The notes beneath the pieces were generated by a model that was not told where the DNA came from, made no database searches, and saw only the letters and a program-made list of their open reading frames with translations. The translations under genes were made by a program, and so were the position numbers. Below, piece by piece: positions 52,793 to 62,384 of a stretch of DNA of 64,000 bases (positions within the stretch are counted from its first letter, which is position 1; each line of letters starts with the position of its first letter). The DNA comes from a virus: the IMG/VR virus record IMGVR_UViG_3300020172_001601, positions 64,198 through 128,197 of that record, one strand, 5' to 3'.

Positions 52793-53233
52793 ATGAACGT
52801 AATCAATTTCTACAGCACCAAGGGCGAATATGGGTGCTTCTCCAATTTCTCCCGACATTCGGTGAAATTGGACGGCGAAGAATGGCCGACCACGGAGCAT
52901 TATTTCCAGGCGAAGAAGTTCGAGGGAACTCATCACGAGACAGAGCTTCGCAAGGCGTCGTCTGCAATGGAAGTGGCCAAGATGGGACGTGATCGCAAGC
53001 GTCCATTGCGGGCCGATTGGGAGCAAGTTAAGGACGACGTAATGCGAACGGCTGTGCGTGCCAAGTTTACTCAGCATAAGTCGCTTCAGGAAACCTTATT
53101 GTCCACTGGTGATGCCATATTGGTTGAGCATACGGTGAACGATTCGTATTGGGGCGATGGTGGTGATGGAACTGGCAAGAATATGCTGGGGAAGATTTTG
53201 GTGGAGATCAGGGAGGAATTGAAAAAGAAATAG
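52793..53233 (+). CDS. ybiA: NADAR/YbiA (DUF1768) family protein
   Basis: INFYSTKGEYGCFSNF..WPTTEHYFQAKKF..GRDRKRPLRADWE..LVEHTVNDSYWGDGGDGTGKN aligns along its length with E. coli YbiA. Confidence 0.85.
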   Translation: MNVINFYSTKGEYGCFSNFSRHSVKLDGEEWPTTEHYFQAKKFEGTHHETELRKASSAMEVAKMGRDRKRPLRADWEQVKDDVMRTAVRAKFTQHKSLQETLLSTGDAILVEHTVNDSYWGDGGDGTGKNMLGKILVEIREELKKK

Positions 53234-53268
53234 CTCGTATATCTTCATCCCTAATCAGAGAGGTTTGC

Positions 53269-53496
53269 GTGAAGAATTATCATGACCAATATATGAGGAC
53301 CGAAGAACTTGATTGGCAATGGAGTTTTGACTCCAAGTCCAAGACTCATACACTGAAGTTGACATATTTGCCCACCAATCAGTCTGTGAGTGGATCAATC
53401 GCTGAAGCGAGAGGGCGAAACCCTCTGTATCAGCGCAAGCGGGAACTACACGATTCGTTAAACGAACAATTGGAAAAACTGGTTTTTGGAGAATGA
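53269..53496 (+). CDS. small hypothetical protein
   Basis: 75-aa ORF. Confidence 0.3.
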   Translation: MKNYHDQYMRTEELDWQWSFDSKSKTHTLKLTYLPTNQSVSGSIAEARGRNPLYQRKRELHDSLNEQLEKLVFGE

Positions 53497-53830
53497 AATG
53501 AGCGAACCAAATGGGGTTTTCAAGGTCCAGGTTATTCCGTATCCTAACAACGGCGGTCCTGCTCCAGATGGTCCTGCTCCGAGAGTAGAATCAGGGGCCA
53601 TTCAGTTTGGCAATGATTGGCCGGGGATGTTTCTTCGTGGCGACAATGCTTTTGCAATCGCCATGACGATTGATGAGATTGGCGCATTTTTGAATGCGAT
53701 CCCGGACAAGCTGAAGGTTGAATGTGGTGGTGTTGGTTTGGCGATGGCATTCATGCGACTGAAGAGTTTGCGTGATACCATCATGACTGATGTTGTAAAA
53801 ATGGAACCGAAAAATGAAGACGGTAATTGA
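53486..53830 (+). CDS. hypothetical protein
   Basis: 114-aa ORF. Confidence 0.35.
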   Translation: MENEMSEPNGVFKVQVIPYPNNGGPAPDGPAPRVESGAIQFGNDWPGMFLRGDNAFAIAMTIDEIGAFLNAIPDKLKVECGGVGLAMAFMRLKSLRDTIMTDVVKMEPKNEDGN

Positions 53831-54230
53831 ACAACTGGCCGATTTCATTAAGTCCTCCGAGGACAGCCACACGAACAACCTGTGGTTGCAGGACGATATA
53901 ATGAAGGTGTACGTCCGCAAAGGTCGGCACATGGTATATCCAGGCAAGCTCTCTACGACTCTGGATATTGCCGCCGTCGAAGTGGATGAAGACAAGCAAA
54001 GTCAGGGACATTGGACGGCTTTTCTCGATAAGGCCCACGAAATGAATCCGTGGGAGGCAACCTATGTCGAGAATACGTTGAACCCTATTCTTGCTACATC
54101 CCTCATTCGACATGGGTGGATGCCGGTTCCGGGTGCGTATCCAGAATCCTTCTTCATGCCGAAAGATTCGGCAAAGTATTTCGAGCAACAGTTTTTACAA
54201 CAAAAGTTTTCTAAGAGAAATGTCTACTGA
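53814..54230 (+). CDS. hypothetical protein
   Basis: 138-aa ORF. Confidence 0.35.
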   Translation: MKTVIEQLADFIKSSEDSHTNNLWLQDDIMKVYVRKGRHMVYPGKLSTTLDIAAVEVDEDKQSQGHWTAFLDKAHEMNPWEATYVENTLNPILATSLIRHGWMPVPGAYPESFFMPKDSAKYFEQQFLQQKFSKRNVY

Positions 54231-54510
54231 AACACCAGTTTGCATGGGTTGCTTTGTGAGCAACCCAAATTCTTGGCATCCGTATATGTCGCCGCCAATC
54301 TTTGGTGCAACCGAGCGACCCGGTTTGACCGCCGACGAGAAATTATGTCTCAAGCATTTAGCTGATGCTTGGAGTGTGTTCGTCGATATGGCCGCAAAGC
54401 ATCCAGACGACAACAGCGAATTCCATACAGCAATACATGACGCACAAAAAATGATTGCTCTGCGGGTTGCCCGTCGAGTGGACACAGACGTATGGAAGCA
54501 GCCAGAATGA
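54220..54510 (+). CDS. hypothetical protein
   Basis: ATG 54220 within the longer track ORF. Confidence 0.3.
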   Translation: MSTETPVCMGCFVSNPNSWHPYMSPPIFGATERPGLTADEKLCLKHLADAWSVFVDMAAKHPDDNSEFHTAIHDAQKMIALRVARRVDTDVWKQPE

Positions 54511-55001
54511 TGAAAGTAATATCCGGTGGACAAAACGGTGCGGACCAAGCCGGTATTCGAGCGGCGAAGGCGTGCGGTTTTGAAACTGGAGGATGGTTGC
54601 CTCAAGGCTGTAAAACGCTTGATGGGCCACGACCAGACCTATTGACAGAATACGGCATGAAAGAGCATAGTAGTTCTCTCTACCCGCCCAGGACTGAGGC
54701 GAACGTCAAGGACAGTTGTGGCACCATAAGGTTTGCCAGGACATTCTCTTCAGCCGGGGAAAAGTGTACTCTCCGTGCGATCAAGTGGTTCAATCGTCCG
54801 TATTTGAACGTGGATATAAATAAGCCGATAGATAAACAAGAAGTATTGTCTTGGCTTAAAGAGCATGATATAAAGACTCTCAACATTGCTGGGAACTCTG
54901 AGGAAACCGCTCCCGGTATTGGTGATTTTGTCTTTAAGTATCTCATGGGTGTCTTTTCCGACTTAAAAAACGGGCTTGACAACATGACCCATACGGAGTA
55001 A
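54492..55001 (+). CDS. SLOG-superfamily, putative molybdenum-cofactor-carrier-like (LOG-fold) protein
   Basis: MKVISGGQNGADQAGIRAAKACGFETGGWLPQG...PPRTEANV matches ISGGQTG.D.A...A...G...GGW.P.G...RTE.NV. Confidence 0.6.
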   Translation: MEAARMMKVISGGQNGADQAGIRAAKACGFETGGWLPQGCKTLDGPRPDLLTEYGMKEHSSSLYPPRTEANVKDSCGTIRFARTFSSAGEKCTLRAIKWFNRPYLNVDINKPIDKQEVLSWLKEHDIKTLNIAGNSEETAPGIGDFVFKYLMGVFSDLKNGLDNMTHTE

Positions 55002-55006
55002 AACTG

Positions 55007-55324
55007 ATGTTGGACAAATTGAGAAGTCTGTTTACGACCCCTATCCAAAAGGAAGAACCGATGGCTGTGACTGCAACGACTGCAACGACCCCGACCCAAA
55101 CTCAGTCTCAAAAGACTTGCCCCGTTCAAGGAGCAGTTGAGCAATTGAGCGCTACATCCGAAACTTGTGAAAACACCGGATGCTGCGAGAACACTCTTTG
55201 CCAGGAGTCCGTCCGAGAGCGGGCTTATCTGCTGTGGGAGAAGGCTGGCTACCCAATCGGCGATGGCGTGGATTTCTGGATCACCGCCGAGCAAGAACTG
55301 TTGGCCGATGCCACTGCCGAGTAA
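55007..55324 (+). CDS. hypothetical protein
   Basis: 105-aa ORF. Confidence 0.35.
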   Translation: MLDKLRSLFTTPIQKEEPMAVTATTATTPTQTQSQKTCPVQGAVEQLSATSETCENTGCCENTLCQESVRERAYLLWEKAGYPIGDGVDFWITAEQELLADATAE

Positions 55325-55388
55325 ACCGGCCTGCCTTGATTCTTGGGGCGGGGTTTGGCGAGAGCTAAACCCTGCCTTTTTTTTTGAT

Positions 55389-55418
55389 TTTACAGAATGG
55401 TAGGCTCCGTGGTATAAT
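55389..55418 (+). promoter_or_regulatory. sigma70-type promoter TTTACA-N18-TGGTATAAT
   Basis: Conserved architecture. Confidence 0.45.
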
Positions 55419-55685
55419 CCACTGAAAATCTATGAAAGGCGTTCATGGAAAATATAGCCTATTTTTTCGCTGATATTGAGGTTCACAATGCTCGAATCAT
55501 GGCAATGGCTGTTTTTCTTCAATTTCCCGTGTCTTTTTTTGAATTTACTCGGCATGTACTTGTCGGTGTTTTCAATAAACGACGAGAAATTGGCCAAAAG
55601 ATGCTACTGGATAAATTCGGCGTGCATGTGCATGTCCATTGCGAACATACTGTCAAATTCTTTTTCCGTGGTCGCTACATAGGGC

Positions 55686-56033
55686 ATGGGCAAGAATGAT
55701 ACTTTGGTTGAAGGACTTCACTACTACATTGACGCAAAGGGCAAGTGGGTATTTACCTCTTACTTTTTGCTCAATCGTGGGTATTGCTGTCACAACGGTT
55801 GTCTTAACTGTCCATATGGTGCTAACATGAAAATCGAACCGGGTCAATATATCTGGAGATCGAAAGATACAGACCTTCCAGTAACAGTTGTTGAGTCCAT
55901 TGGCAAAGGCTCGGACGGGCGGTCCTATGTAAAAATCGCCGGTAGCACTACAGCCGTTCCAGCCGATGAACTCATAAAGGTTCCGAATGTGGCACAAGAA
56001 TCACGAAGACCCCAACCGAAGAGACTCTTTTGA
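55686..56033 (+). CDS. Cys-rich hypothetical protein
   Basis: GYCCHNGCLNCPYG. Confidence 0.35.
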   Translation: MGKNDTLVEGLHYYIDAKGKWVFTSYFLLNRGYCCHNGCLNCPYGANMKIEPGQYIWRSKDTDLPVTVVESIGKGSDGRSYVKIAGSTTAVPADELIKVPNVAQESRRPQPKRLF

Positions 56034-56154
56034 CGACTTGGTGATTGGGGGTTTACTTATTGTTACCCTTATCCTGTTGGGCGTTATGTCTTTTTATATG
56101 ATGATCTCGTTCATGACAATGACTCGTATTCATCCCATGTAGGCTATATACGGT

Positions 56155-56568
56155 ATGAAAAGGATATGCACATTCAACGAATTCATGGTCTTGAAGGAAG
56201 ATGATCGACGAACTGGTGGAAAGACTGGTTTGTATCCTCTTGGATATGGCGGCATTGGTCTATATCCAGATGCGGACATGATGACTCAATCTGCTGATGC
56301 TGTATTTTATCTGTCTATTGACAATAGATTGTTCAGCAATGGAGATGCAGCGCCTTTTAGCATTGCCCATTTGCCCGGACATAAACAATATGACAATCCA
56401 AATTCGGGCGAGAGTGAGCCATTTGACATTCGCCATCTCCCTGGTGATGCTGTTCCTCCGAAAGATAGCCCGTTGGCGGGTAAGTCCATACCGTTCAAGA
56501 GTTTTGTCAAGTTGGTAGAAAAACCAAAAGAAATTTCCCCGCCAGATTCCCCGAACCTTCCCAGGTAG
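56155..56568 (+). CDS. hypothetical protein
   Basis: 137-aa ORF. Confidence 0.35.
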   Translation: MKRICTFNEFMVLKEDDRRTGGKTGLYPLGYGGIGLYPDADMMTQSADAVFYLSIDNRLFSNGDAAPFSIAHLPGHKQYDNPNSGESEPFDIRHLPGDAVPPKDSPLAGKSIPFKSFVKLVEKPKEISPPDSPNLPR

Positions 56569-56581
56569 TTAGGGTCTTGTC

Positions 56582-56953
56582 ATGAAGCGTAATCCGATTG
56601 CCAACTACTGTAAGCAACAAGTAGAGGGCTGGGACAAGCTGCCAGAGTTCATGAATTTCGCCCCTCCTGGCGAAGAGAACTTTTGTTGCAGTTTTCTTCG
56701 TCGTGCTGACGGTATTCAAATGTTGGCGTCGGTGAAAGACCTGAATGCCCTTAATACCATCCATGTCTCTTTGGCTCCTATTCGAGATTGCCGCAAAGAC
56801 TGGACAGATGACGAACACAGCGGACACATATTCGATGTGGCCTTTGAAGTGGTTGAATCCTTTTTCCCCGGTCGAAGGTTTGCACGGCAACCTGATGATC
56901 CCCGCAGACCACAAGTGAAGCATTACTTCGCCATCCTGGAGGCCAATGAATGA
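56582..56953 (+). CDS. hypothetical protein
   Basis: 123-aa ORF. Confidence 0.35.
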   Translation: MKRNPIANYCKQQVEGWDKLPEFMNFAPPGEENFCCSFLRRADGIQMLASVKDLNALNTIHVSLAPIRDCRKDWTDDEHSGHIFDVAFEVVESFFPGRRFARQPDDPRRPQVKHYFAILEANE

Positions 56954-58599
56954 ACGAATTCCATATTTCGGAAAAAGACAACAACACCACGTTCGTCACA
57001 ACGGCGATTGATTATCCGAACGCTCTGCCACATATCGGCACAGCATTCGAGAAGATCGGCGCTGACGTATACGCCCGGTTCCGTCGTTTCCAGGGTCGTG
57101 ATGTATATTTCACGATGGGCAACGACGAGAACACTGTGAAGGTTCTCAAAGCAGCAAAAGCCGTAGACAAGCATCCTCAGCCATATGTCGATGAAATGGC
57201 CGATGCGTTTAAGGCTGTGTGGAAAGAACTCAACATTTCCTTTGACGACTTCATTCAGACCAGTGAAGATCGACACCTGTTGGGTGTTCAGAGATTCCTG
57301 CGTGCTGTGAATTCCGCTGGTTATATTGAGAAGCGACCATACAAGGCTTTGTATTGTGAGGGCTGTGAAGAGTTCAAGAGTCCAAATAGCTTGGACTATG
57401 CAAAGCGATGCCCGAACCATACTGGCACACCTTTGGTGGAACGGGAGGAAGAGAATTACTTCTTTCTTCTGTCTGCATTCAAGCAGCGTGTGGCTGATTT
57501 GATTTATCCCACTCCATTCCTCACTGCCTTCCTGAGTATTGAGCCTGAGTCTCGCTACAACGAAGTCACTAAGTTCATCGACACGGAACTGACGGATATT
57601 TCCATCAGTCGCCGTAATGAAGGCTGGGGCATTCCAATTCCGTGGGACGACACCCAAGCCACCTATGTCTGGTTCGACGCTTTGTTGAACTATTTGACTG
57701 TGATTGGTTTTGGGAACGATTGGGAGAAATTCCAAAAGTATTGGCCTGCTGAAGTTCACTTCATTGGCAAGGACATTACTCGGTTCCACTGTGCATTGTT
57801 CCCGGCAATGTGCATGGCCTATAACGAAGGATGTGATAAGCTGGGTGAGCCTCAATACAAGTTGAAGGCTTTTCCTCAGCGTGTATTTGCACACGGCTTC
57901 GTCAATCAAAAGAAGGGAAGTCAGGTTGTCAAGATTTCCAAGAGCGGAGATTCAATCCGACCTGGAGAACTGATTGAGCAGTTCGGGTCGGATGCGTACA
58001 GATACTATTTCTTGTCGAAGTTCAACTACGATACGGACGGTGAATATAGCCTGGACCACTTTAGAGAAGTGTATAACGCCGACCTCGCCAACTCCTTGGG
58101 CAACCTTGTGAGTCGCACCGTAGGAATGTCGTTGCAGTATTTCGACGGGAAGATTCCACCGATGGTCGCAGAAGGCCAGCCTTGGCTTGATGAGAAGACG
58201 GCGTTGGAATACGAGCAATTTATTGTTGATTGTTGTTCGTATCGGCACGCTATTGAATGGACGTGGAAGATCATCTTCAACGCCAACAAGTTGATCGAGA
58301 ATTCAAAGCCGTGGGAATTGGTTAAGTTGCCCGGCAACACCTGTGGTCAGGTGTTGGGCCAACTTGTGGGCAGTCTGAGAATCATCAGTCTGTTGATCCG
58401 ACCGTTCACGCCAGCGGTGGCCGAGAAGATTTACACGACGTTTCAGTGGGCTGAAGGATGGAATGAAGTTGATTGGGAGTTCGTTAAGAAGTTGGCGACG
58501 AACAACTTCCTGGGACTCGAAAACGGTATTGCCATCAACAGGAATGTTTTAGATAATGCTGGAAAGTTTCCGGTGCTTTTTCCGAGAGTCAAATCATGA
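56950..58599 (+). CDS. metS: methionyl-tRNA synthetase
   Basis: PNALPHIGTAFEKIGADVYARFRRFQG (HIGH region), CPNHTGTP zinc knuckle, KISKSGD (KMSKS); 549 aa. Confidence 0.85.
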   Translation: MNEFHISEKDNNTTFVTTAIDYPNALPHIGTAFEKIGADVYARFRRFQGRDVYFTMGNDENTVKVLKAAKAVDKHPQPYVDEMADAFKAVWKELNISFDDFIQTSEDRHLLGVQRFLRAVNSAGYIEKRPYKALYCEGCEEFKSPNSLDYAKRCPNHTGTPLVEREEENYFFLLSAFKQRVADLIYPTPFLTAFLSIEPESRYNEVTKFIDTELTDISISRRNEGWGIPIPWDDTQATYVWFDALLNYLTVIGFGNDWEKFQKYWPAEVHFIGKDITRFHCALFPAMCMAYNEGCDKLGEPQYKLKAFPQRVFAHGFVNQKKGSQVVKISKSGDSIRPGELIEQFGSDAYRYYFLSKFNYDTDGEYSLDHFREVYNADLANSLGNLVSRTVGMSLQYFDGKIPPMVAEGQPWLDEKTALEYEQFIVDCCSYRHAIEWTWKIIFNANKLIENSKPWELVKLPGNTCGQVLGQLVGSLRIISLLIRPFTPAVAEKIYTTFQWAEGWNEVDWEFVKKLATNNFLGLENGIAINRNVLDNAGKFPVLFPRVKS

Positions 58600-58781
58600 G
58601 TAGGTTGTCGTTGGTTCTCGGATTAGTCATTGGGTTTTGGGCGGGCCATTGGTTCGCCCGAACTTCATGGCATCAAAGATGGTACGCTCAGTGGTATGAG
58701 GGGTTTCTCAACGGCGCTGTTGTTGCAGCAATACTGGTAGGCATCTACTTTATTGTCATAAGAAGCCGTAATCAATCTTAG
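58596..58781 (+). CDS. small membrane protein
   Basis: Two hydrophobic helices. Confidence 0.35.
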   Translation: MSRLSLVLGLVIGFWAGHWFARTSWHQRWYAQWYEGFLNGAVVAAILVGIYFIVIRSRNQS

Positions 58782-58790
58782 TGGTATAAT
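58781..58790 (+). promoter_or_regulatory. extended -10 element GTGGTATAAT (weak -35)
   Basis: Same extended -10 as other promoters; upstream of 58799. Confidence 0.35.
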
Positions 58791-58798
58791 TAAACACT

Positions 58799-59563
58799 AT
58801 GAGAATCGCATCCGAATTCCACGACTACTACGATGTAGGCATGGCTGAGGGCCAGGATCAATCCTTGGTCTATCAGCGATACCCTATCGTAGAGGAACGG
58901 GAGCATTACCCGTTCGGTTCAATGTATTCAGGCTACAGCCTGAATGCTCGATCTCTTTACGTCCGCTCATATACCATTGGGTTCTGTGGCAAAATGTACA
59001 AGGTATTGGAACTCAATACCTTGGAGAACGGTTCACGCAACGACAAGGAAGGTCGATCTACTCGTAAGTGGGCATACAACCTGCGGGATGTTGACACTTA
59101 CATCCGTCACCATTATCCTAAGCAATACGCTGACTATTTAGAAAAGAATTGGCGGCGTGGCAATGGCTGGTCTGGCGAACAGCGTCAGCACGCCTTTGAT
59201 TCATTCTTCAATGGTCGTAATCAGTGGGATCGCAAGCCTACCGAAGAGGAATTGAACAAGAATGAAGAGTGGCGTCGAAGCTGGTTCGAGAAGCATCGCA
59301 GTCCTATATTCGTAGCTGAGTATTCTACTGTCGCCAACAAATACGGCGGTAGGATCACATATAACGCCCAACTGAAGCCATTTGAGTTTTATCGGGTGTT
59401 CGATCCTTATCAGGCTTATCAGGAAGTCGCCATGTGGCTTTCTAATCAAGCTGTTCCGATCAAGCCGATTCCAGAGCTTGATGATGTGACAATGGCTGAG
59501 AGCAAAGGTTTCAATAAGTTTAGTTTTAGAAAAGACCCCAGCAGCAAAAAGCGAAAGCACTAG
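58799..59563 (+). CDS. hypothetical protein
   Basis: 254-aa ORF. Confidence 0.45.
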   Translation: MRIASEFHDYYDVGMAEGQDQSLVYQRYPIVEEREHYPFGSMYSGYSLNARSLYVRSYTIGFCGKMYKVLELNTLENGSRNDKEGRSTRKWAYNLRDVDTYIRHHYPKQYADYLEKNWRRGNGWSGEQRQHAFDSFFNGRNQWDRKPTEEELNKNEEWRRSWFEKHRSPIFVAEYSTVANKYGGRITYNAQLKPFEFYRVFDPYQAYQEVAMWLSNQAVPIKPIPELDDVTMAESKGFNKFSFRKDPSSKKRKH

Positions 59564-59639
59564 GGGTTGAACGGTGAGTCCAATCGGTAAGGCGCAAGTC
59601 GCTCCGATGTAACTGAGGGTTCGATTCCCTCCAACTCCA
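59563..59639 (+). tRNA. tRNA-like gene with G3:U70 acceptor, non-canonical core
   Basis: Acceptor GGGGTTG/CAACTCC, T-arm GAGGG-TTCGATT-CCCTC; internal nested hairpins ATCGG..CCGAT. Confidence 0.45.
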
Positions 59640-59641
59640 CT

Positions 59642-59926
59642 ATGAATGAAAAACCAGCAGATGGCGTCCGAGGCTTTTTTCTTTACAGTCCGTTTTCGCA
59701 TCGGCACTTCTTCCGTGTTTACGGAGAAGTCGATCCGACGACGGGCCATAAGACGTTCACTGATTACAAGGTGTGCGCCGAAGATATAGAAGTCACTATT
59801 GAAGCAAATGGGTTGTCCCTGTATGAAGGGGATGAAGATAAAAACCGTCTCGATTGGTCCAGTCGTGTCTTAGGAAGAGATGGCAAAGACCACCTGGATG
59901 TGCGAACACCAAAAAAGGAACAGTAA
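59642..59926 (+). CDS. hypothetical protein
   Basis: 94-aa ORF. Confidence 0.35.
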   Translation: MNEKPADGVRGFFLYSPFSHRHFFRVYGEVDPTTGHKTFTDYKVCAEDIEVTIEANGLSLYEGDEDKNRLDWSSRVLGRDGKDHLDVRTPKKEQ

Positions 59927-60414
59927 TGGGACTTGCATTGCGTGTAGATGGAAATACTTATGCTGAGTGGGCATATTCTGGATATGGTCAATTCAGGAAG
60001 AAGATTGCCGCTCAGGTCGGAATTGATCTCCATCAAATGGAAGGATTTCACAATGTTGATAAGTCAATATTGTCCATTCAGGGTTGGGAAGCCTACCGAG
60101 AAGCAATTGAAACCGATCTGTCCCAGGAGAAGATTAGCTGGGACACAGTGAATGATCCCATCAAGATTTTGCTGAATCATTCTGATTGTGAGGGAGAAAT
60201 CCCGGCTGAGGATTGCAAAGTCTTGGCTGACCGGCTTGAGCAAATCATTAAGGAATGGCCTGAGCGGGTTAAATTGAAGACCGATCCTTTCTGGCAGGAT
60301 CGAGGCTATCCAGCAGAATTAGACCTGGATGCTTACGACACAACACAGGCAAAGGGTCTTATTGCGGGTTTGCGAGAAGCTGCTAAAATTGGCAAGCCCG
60401 TAGAATTTTCCTGA
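59926..60414 (+). CDS. hypothetical protein
   Basis: AAAGGAACAGTA-ATG start overlapping previous stop. Confidence 0.4.
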   Translation: MGLALRVDGNTYAEWAYSGYGQFRKKIAAQVGIDLHQMEGFHNVDKSILSIQGWEAYREAIETDLSQEKISWDTVNDPIKILLNHSDCEGEIPAEDCKVLADRLEQIIKEWPERVKLKTDPFWQDRGYPAELDLDAYDTTQAKGLIAGLREAAKIGKPVEFS

Positions 60415-60467
60415 TACGATCACTCCTTTATTATGTCTGAAAGATATAATGAACCAAGGAGTAAATC

Positions 60468-60683
60468 ATGGACAAAGACTACGCAAAAGCTGTTTCCAAC
60501 TTCGAGCAAGCGGGAGCGCACCTGGGAAACTTCGCCACATTATTGTTCACATATCATAAATCGCTATGTGAATCCGGCTTCCAGAGAGACGAAGCATTGG
60601 AATTGGTGAGAGAACTCCAGACGACCTTATTTGCACAGGCTTTTAATTTCGGCCCACAACCGAGTCAAGATGATGACGACTAA
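60468..60683 (+). CDS. small hypothetical protein
   Basis: 71-aa ORF. Confidence 0.3.
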   Translation: MDKDYAKAVSNFEQAGAHLGNFATLLFTYHKSLCESGFQRDEALELVRELQTTLFAQAFNFGPQPSQDDDD

Positions 60684-60764
60684 AGTAATCATTGTTAAGC
60701 CAGAAAGATTTGCAGGAACGGTCGCTGTTTATAGGCGACCGTTTTTCGTTACCGGAGCAATACA

Positions 60765-61022
60765 ATGAGTGACTGTGAAGTAGCCCAATTCAAAAGAATA
60801 AGCATTCCTTTGATGAGGAGGATATATCCTCAGCTTATTGCCAACCAGATATGCAGTGTTCAGCCATTGGCTGGCCCAACTGGTTTAGTGCATTATTTGC
60901 GATATAAATATTCTGAGAACAAGGGTGGCATCATCAACACTGATGGCTGGACCATCAAACCCAAGAAGAAAAAGATTTGGCGTGACATCAACGATCCGTG
61001 GGAGCCTTCTAGCAATGGCTAA
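60765..61022 (+). CDS. small protein ending KKKKIWRDINDPWEPSSNG
   Basis: 85-aa ORF with shared C-terminal motif. Confidence 0.4.
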   Translation: MSDCEVAQFKRISIPLMRRIYPQLIANQICSVQPLAGPTGLVHYLRYKYSENKGGIINTDGWTIKPKKKKIWRDINDPWEPSSNG

Positions 61023-61269
61023 GAATATATGGTATCGTATACGCAAGACGCTTGGGATGTTGTCCTATGAGGAACGTCGCCTTGAATCGACTGAGTGGGC
61101 AAGGAACTCGATCAGGGCGCAAATGATACATCCTGATGTTGTTTTGGACGCATCCAAGATTACAAAGGGGGCCGAGAATATTCCCGGTCCTCAACCCGTT
61201 CCCAAAAAAGAGAAAGTGCGGCCCAGGTCAATTCTCGAAGATTGGGAAGTAACCCAAGATTCGGGCTGA
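61015..61269 (+). CDS. small hypothetical protein
   Basis: ATG 61015 in the frame of track ORF 60925. Confidence 0.3.
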   Translation: MAKNIWYRIRKTLGMLSYEERRLESTEWARNSIRAQMIHPDVVLDASKITKGAENIPGPQPVPKKEKVRPRSILEDWEVTQDSG

Positions 61270-61313
61270 ACCTTTTGGCAGTGGCGCTCTCTAGGAGTGC
61301 AAGGAGAAATATC

Positions 61314-61718
61314 ATGGCAGTAAAGCAAGTTATCGTTTGGCGACACGATTTGGGTTGTCGAGTCGGGAAGAAGATGTCGCAAGCGGGTCATGCTGCTTTG
61401 GCCGACTTGTCGAACACGATTCGTGACAATGTTGATGCCGAAGGTAATGTATCGTTCAAGCTGTCGCCTGCACAGTTTGAGTGGTATTTGACGAACTTCC
61501 GCAAGATCGTTCTCCGTGTTGACAGTGAGGCCGACCTGTTGCTTCTGTACCATCGGGCGCAGGAAGTGGGGTTGCCGACTGAACTCATCATCGACAGCGG
61601 TTTGACGGAATGGGATCAGCCCACAAAGACTTGCATCGCTATCGGGCCAGCAGAAGATGCCGAGATTGACGAGATCACTGGCGAACGTGGCCCTTTGGGA
61701 AGATTGAAGTTGATGTGA
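61314..61718 (+). CDS. pth2: peptidyl-tRNA hydrolase, PTH2 family
   Basis: KQVIVWRHDLGCRVGKKMSQAGHAAL matches PTH2 K.V.VVR.DL.MGKGK.AAQ..HAA; AGGAGA RBS, ATG 61314. Confidence 0.55.
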   Translation: MAVKQVIVWRHDLGCRVGKKMSQAGHAALADLSNTIRDNVDAEGNVSFKLSPAQFEWYLTNFRKIVLRVDSEADLLLLYHRAQEVGLPTELIIDSGLTEWDQPTKTCIAIGPAEDAEIDEITGERGPLGRLKLM

Positions 61719-61720
61719 CC

Positions 61721-61750
61721 TTTACTGAATGGTGATTTTTGTGGTATATA
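61721..61750 (+). promoter_or_regulatory. sigma70-type promoter TTTACT-N18-TGGTATATA
   Basis: Upstream of ORF 61761. Confidence 0.45.
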
Positions 61751-61760
61751 ATACAATACC

Positions 61761-62270
61761 ATGATTGCAACCATCATAATTGCCGCAGCGACCTTTTTCG
61801 TCCTGATAGCCTTAACGTATTGCTGCCTACGTTTATGGTCGGCACGGAATGCTTTACAACATAAACTTTCCGTGGTAGAATCGACAGTAGCGGAGCAGGC
61901 AAGATGCCTTAGTGCATTTGGAGAGCGACTGTCTAGTGTTGAGGCTGCTCAAGAAGAAGAATTGACGCAAGATCAGGCCGAATACAGAGATCAGCTACAG
62001 GCACAATACGCTGCCCTGTTCAAGCAGATCGAAGACAACATGAAGAACGATCTGAAGACGGCGAGAACCGAAACTTCAGACTTGGTGAAGAAAAGTCGTG
62101 CTGAATTCGACAAGAAGTTGAAGGACGAGTTCGAGAAAGCCTGCGAACAAATCAAGTTCAACGAAATCGAATACAAGCGAACAATCACCAAAAAGCGGAA
62201 AGAATTCAGTCGCAAAAATGCAAAGAACGCCAAACCTCAGAGGATATGGCGATACATAGATGAAGAATAA
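61761..62270 (+). CDS. membrane-anchored coiled-coil protein
   Basis: N-terminal TM helix then charged helical region. Confidence 0.4.
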   Translation: MIATIIIAAATFFVLIALTYCCLRLWSARNALQHKLSVVESTVAEQARCLSAFGERLSSVEAAQEEELTQDQAEYRDQLQAQYAALFKQIEDNMKNDLKTARTETSDLVKKSRAEFDKKLKDEFEKACEQIKFNEIEYKRTITKKRKEFSRKNAKNAKPQRIWRYIDEE

Positions 62271-62384
62271 CCCGTATAAAAGCGGGGTCGAGTGAACCCC
62301 GTTCATGCGGGCATTGTCCCTTTGAACGCAGAGGAAAAAATGGGTCCGTAGATACACGAAAGGAACCATCAACCGGAGGTCAGT

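Noticed and set aside
56923-57909. 328-aa minus-strand ORF antisense to MetRS, and 40990-41868 antisense to Ro60
   Set aside because: The sense-strand proteins have unambiguous family signatures (HIGH/KMSKS; TROVE/MIDAS). The antisense ORFs are GC-frame artefacts.
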